This document shows, piece by piece, positions 60,284 through 64,000 of a DNA stretch of 64,000 bases. The translations under genes were made by a program, and so were the position numbers. How positions within the stretch are numbered: the first letter of the stretch is position 1; each line of letters begins with the position of its first letter. Source of the DNA: Octopus vulgaris (Eukaryota); NCBI GenBank assembly GCA_951406725.2, contig OX597838.1:13144001-13208000 (forward strand). The letters run 5' to 3'. The notes under the pieces were generated by a model, which saw only the letters and a program-made list of their open reading frames with translations, was not told the origin of the DNA and searched no databases.

Positions 60284-60533
60284 TATATATATATATATAC
60301 ACATGCTCAAACATTAGTAATAGATTAGAGATGAACACTGAATTAGGGTAGATGAATCCATTCCTTGAACAATAGGTTCTCTCATCAAGCAAGATGGTTT
60401 AGTTGCCTCTATCATTCATACTATTAAATAATTGCAAATATATTCCCATTGAACCTGTGGTATTGCATTAACAGCTCTCTACTGTTAAAAGAATAAATAC
60501 ATTCACATATTTGAGTATGTGCTTGTGTGTGTG

Positions 60534-60565
<32 letters not shown>

Positions 60566-60600
60566 TAAGTTCAAATGTATGTGCAATATATATGTGAATG

Positions 60601-60644
<44 letters not shown>

Positions 60645-60646
<2 letters not shown>

Positions 60647-61041
60647 GGGCGGAGGAACTCTTGAGAGTCAACGGCCATCCAATAAATGTCTTAAGGCTGT
60701 ATCATGCGCGGAGACATGGAAATAATCGGACCGAATACCCGATCGCACGGTTAAACCATTGGGAGTGAAGGACTCCTAGCCTTTGTTAGGGCATCCTTCT
60801 AGGAGAAGGTAACTCAGGTAACTGGGATAACTCCGACATAAAACCTGCGGCTCAGTGGTTACCGATGATAATGACTTGTTCTTCTTTTCGGATTATGGCT
60901 GCTGTTGCTTAGTGAGTGGGATTGACTCAGTGCACAGCCTTTCCTCACTTTAACAAAAAATCTTCTTGCACAGGCATTGCACGATAACAACATTGATTAA
61001 GCTTCGTGCAATGGCCATACTCAATAACAAGGGGGCAGCCA

Positions 61042-61043
<2 letters not shown>
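60645..61043. mobile_element. GC-richer ~400-bp insert between (TA)n tracts, probably a retroelement 5' region
   Basis: Composition differs from the flanks; ctaggagaaggtaactc resembles RTE 5' leader motifs; not confirmed. Confidence 0.35.
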
Positions 61044-61086
<43 letters not shown>

Positions 61087-61792
61087 TACATATATGTTTC
61101 TGAGTATATTTCTTTTTTAAAGCCAAAACAGTGTAATAAAAATAATACATGTCAATAGTTTTGTCTTGAATTCCAATGTTTCATGGTTAGGAACTCAGGA
61201 GTAAAGTCATTATTTGTTGACTTCTCTGACTTTCATATTCACACTACAGGACAGAGAAGTCAGCAAATAACTTGTCTCCAAAGATTTCTTGAAGAGGCTT
61301 TAATCCTGAGATATTGAAACACCAGCTAATAGTATCAACTTGTATTATTTTTAAAACTTGCATCCTTTTGGCTTAAAAATATGCGACAATGTTTCATGAA
61401 AACTATACTACTCTTATATATAAAAATGGATAGAGGAGCCCAATTAGCTAGGTTCCTGTAATGAGCTTACAAATCTTTATGTTGCAAGGGGCCAACACAA
61501 ACTGTTTAAAAAAATAACACATACACACACACACACATACATACATACATACATGTATTGTGGTAAGGCTTCACAAGCTGAGTAGCACTCGATCAGCTAA
61601 AGAGAGTTATGGTCATTTTGTAACATCACACACACACACACAGAATGATAGATATAGATATATATTCAGCATGGTGGCTGAATATTCCATAGTGGTTTTC
61701 AAGGTGACCCATAAATGGTTGCACTTGAGACGACGCATATTGTTATTTTCATTGCATAGTATCCTCATTTCTTGGTCTCTTCTCTCCTACAG

Positions 61793-61988
61793 CCGACAGA
61801 TGGCAGGGGTCAACTCAGCCGCTACAACTGTGGGTCAGCACGCACAGATCGGGGGCCAGGTCTATGGCCAAAATGCCACGTATATACAGCAGCCTCTCTA
61901 CCAGGAAACACCAATGATGTCCCCGCAAACAGCTTCTACCGCCACTCGAGAGCTGGATGAGTTAATGGCTTCACTCTCAGAGTTTAGG
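61793..61988 (+). CDS. PXN: Paxillin exon containing the LD4 motif (RQMAGVNS…TASTATRELDELMASLSEFR)
   Basis: tctcttctctcctacAG| … AGG|GTAAGT; phase 2 in and phase 0 out; ATRELDELMASLSEF is nearly identical to vertebrate paxillin LD4 (SATRELDELMASLSDFK); the exon ends at the position where vertebrate beta/gamma inserts begin. Confidence 0.9.
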
Positions 61989-62687
61989 GTAAGTCTATAG
62001 AGTTTAATGTTCTTATATTATAAATTATATTGATGATGGGTGGAATTGAAAAAAACAGTTACATGCATGTGCGTACACACACACAAATGCACTCACAGAC
62101 ATGCTCACTAACTCACAAATGCACACATACACTCATGCATGCACTCAGTGATTTTGTCGTGTGCACATGTGCGCACACACACACACGACTCTTTTTTGTT
62201 AATCACTCATTCTCATTTAATTGTATATATTTTAATTGTTTGTTTATTCATACGTTTCGTCTCATTCGATACCCTGACCCCCAACGTTTGTTTTGTCTGT
62301 CCCCCCCGTATTGTCCCCTCTTTTTCTCAACCTTATGGTAAATAAAGAAATACTCTCTCTCTCTCTTTTGCATATAGACACTTTCATTATAGACACATTT
62401 TCCCAATTTAAAAATATGAGATAATCATCATATTTTGTGTTTATCAAAGATTGTAAAATATTTATTTCTTGATCTCAACATTGTGTGTGTGTATGTGTGA
62501 CCTCTCCCCATCCTTGTTCTCCCTTGATAGTTTCACATGTGTTCCATAATTAAAACCATTTGTCCCGGAACCCATAAGCAAATGATCAAATAGGCTGTAG
62601 TGGAGGATTTGGTTTGAAGTCAAGCATATGGAATGGAGCAAACCTCTTGTAGTCATTAGCTGCTCCAAATTAATTATATAATAAAAT

Positions 62688-63090
62688 ATGTGGTAAGTAG
62701 CTTGCTAACCAATCACATGGTTCCGGGTTCAGTCCCACTGCGTGGCATCTTGGGCAAGTGTCTTCTGCTATAGCCCCGGGCCGACCAATGCCTTGTGAAT
62801 GGATTTGGAGACTGAAACTGAAAGAAGCCTGTCGTATATATGTGTGTGTGTGTGTATATATATATATACGTATGTGTTTGTATGTGTTTGTGTGTCTGTG
62901 TTTGTCCCCCTAGCATTGCTTGACAACCGATGCTGGTGTGTTTATGTCCCCGTCACTTAGCAGTTTGGCAAAAGAGACCGATAGAATAAGTACTGGGCTT
63001 ACAAAAGAATAGGTCGCGGGGTCGATTTGCTCGACTAAAGGTGGTGCTCCAGCATGGCCGCAGTCAAATGACTGAAACAAGTAAAAGAGT
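62688..63090 (+). mobile_element. Family A SINE
   Basis: High similarity to 1737-2169. Confidence 0.85.
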
Positions 63091-63404
63091 ATATATTTCG
63101 CTTTCGGATTTGGTTTGCAAGATTCTTTATGTGAGTTTGTGCAACAGTCATCAAATGCAAAAGCCGAAGAACTGTTTATTGCTTAAATATCATTTGCAAT
63201 ATTCACTTTGGAGATAAAACAGTGTTCAGTCTGACGGATAGGTGTCAAAATGAGGTATGTACTATGGAAGAGCACATTGTGCTTATCCTAATGTGAAAGT
63301 GTTTGAGTGCCAACAGTTTAAGGTTAATTATGATGTCTGATTCCACTGGGAGTTGCATATATTGTGGGCTGAACAGCTTTCCTTCATTTCATTGGCCTTT
63401 CTCT

Positions 63405-63790
63405 TTCTCTTTTTACTTGTTTCAGTCATTTTGACTGTGGCCATGCTGTGGCAACTAGACCCCGGGACTTATTCTTTGTAAGCCCAGTACTTATTCTATC
63501 GGTCTCTTTTGCCAAACCGCTAAGTGAGGCTGATGTAAACACACCAGCATCAGTTGTCAAGCAATGCTAGGGAGACAAACACAGACACAAACACATACAC
63601 ACACATACATATATATATACATATATACGATGGGCTTCTTTCAGTTTTCGTCTACCAAATCCACTCACAAGGCTTTGGTCGGCCCGAGGCTATAGTAGAA
63701 GACACTTGCCCAAGGTGCCACGCAGTGGGACTGAACCCGGAACCATGTGGTTGGTAAACAAGCTACTTACCACACACCCACTCCTGCGCC
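63405..63790 (-). mobile_element. Family A SINE
   Basis: Reverse complement of the family consensus; head ends ctcctgcgcc. Confidence 0.85.
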
Positions 63791-63890
63791 TTATGACAAT
63801 TTTGAAAAGGTTTACTGTGTTTTAAGATTCACTATCAATCAGTTTTCCTTATTTAGAAGAAACAGTGAACAGTTTTAACGTCTCAAGAAT

Positions 63891-64000
63891 GTTTCAGTCA
63901 TTCTGACTGCGGCCATGCTGGAGCACCGCCTTTAATCGAGCAACTCGACCCCGGGACTTATTCTTTGTAAGCCCAGTACTTATTCTATCGGTCTCTTTTG
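63891..64000 (-). mobile_element. Family A SINE, partial (runs off window)
   Basis: tgtttcagtcattctgactgcggccatgctggagcaccgcc…. Confidence 0.8.

Noticed and set aside
60645-60830. Possible HDV-like ribozyme in a putative RTE 5' leader
   Set aside because: I could not assemble the nested double pseudoknot by eye; it needs an RNA motif search

Overview
Eukaryotic, AT-rich genomic DNA dense in microsatellites and SINEs. The repeat families (tRNA-derived SINEs, RTE-type LINE 3' ends with (GAT)n tails, TTAA MITEs) look like those of a coleoid cephalopod, probably Octopus; this is inference from recognition, not a database result. Most listed short ORFs are microsatellite artefacts. The window holds the 5'/middle part of a + strand paxillin-family gene. 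The exon at 61793-61988 encodes the LD4 motif (TATRELDELMASLSEFR), and phase-compatible exons lie at 28291-28443, 32222-32234 (13-nt microexon), 47744-47811 and 57387-58313. Inside this locus, on the same strand, is an uninterrupted 11.9-kb ORF (32423/32432-44293, 3953 aa from the first Met). It is acidic, low-complexity and repeat-rich, with LD-like and actin-regulator-like motifs. Its 5' end is a phase-0 splice acceptor that matches the microexon donor, so it can be read as a giant alternative last exon giving a LIM-less giant paxillin isoform, or as a nested intronless gene. Three phase-consistent exons of an unidentified minus-strand gene lie at the left edge. Also present are long near-perfect palindromes, SINE multimers with a recurring precise junction, a MITE carrying a SINE fragment, and a minisatellite built of DR3-type nuclear-receptor elements. 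All exon models are read by eye from splice signals and reading phase, without transcript data.
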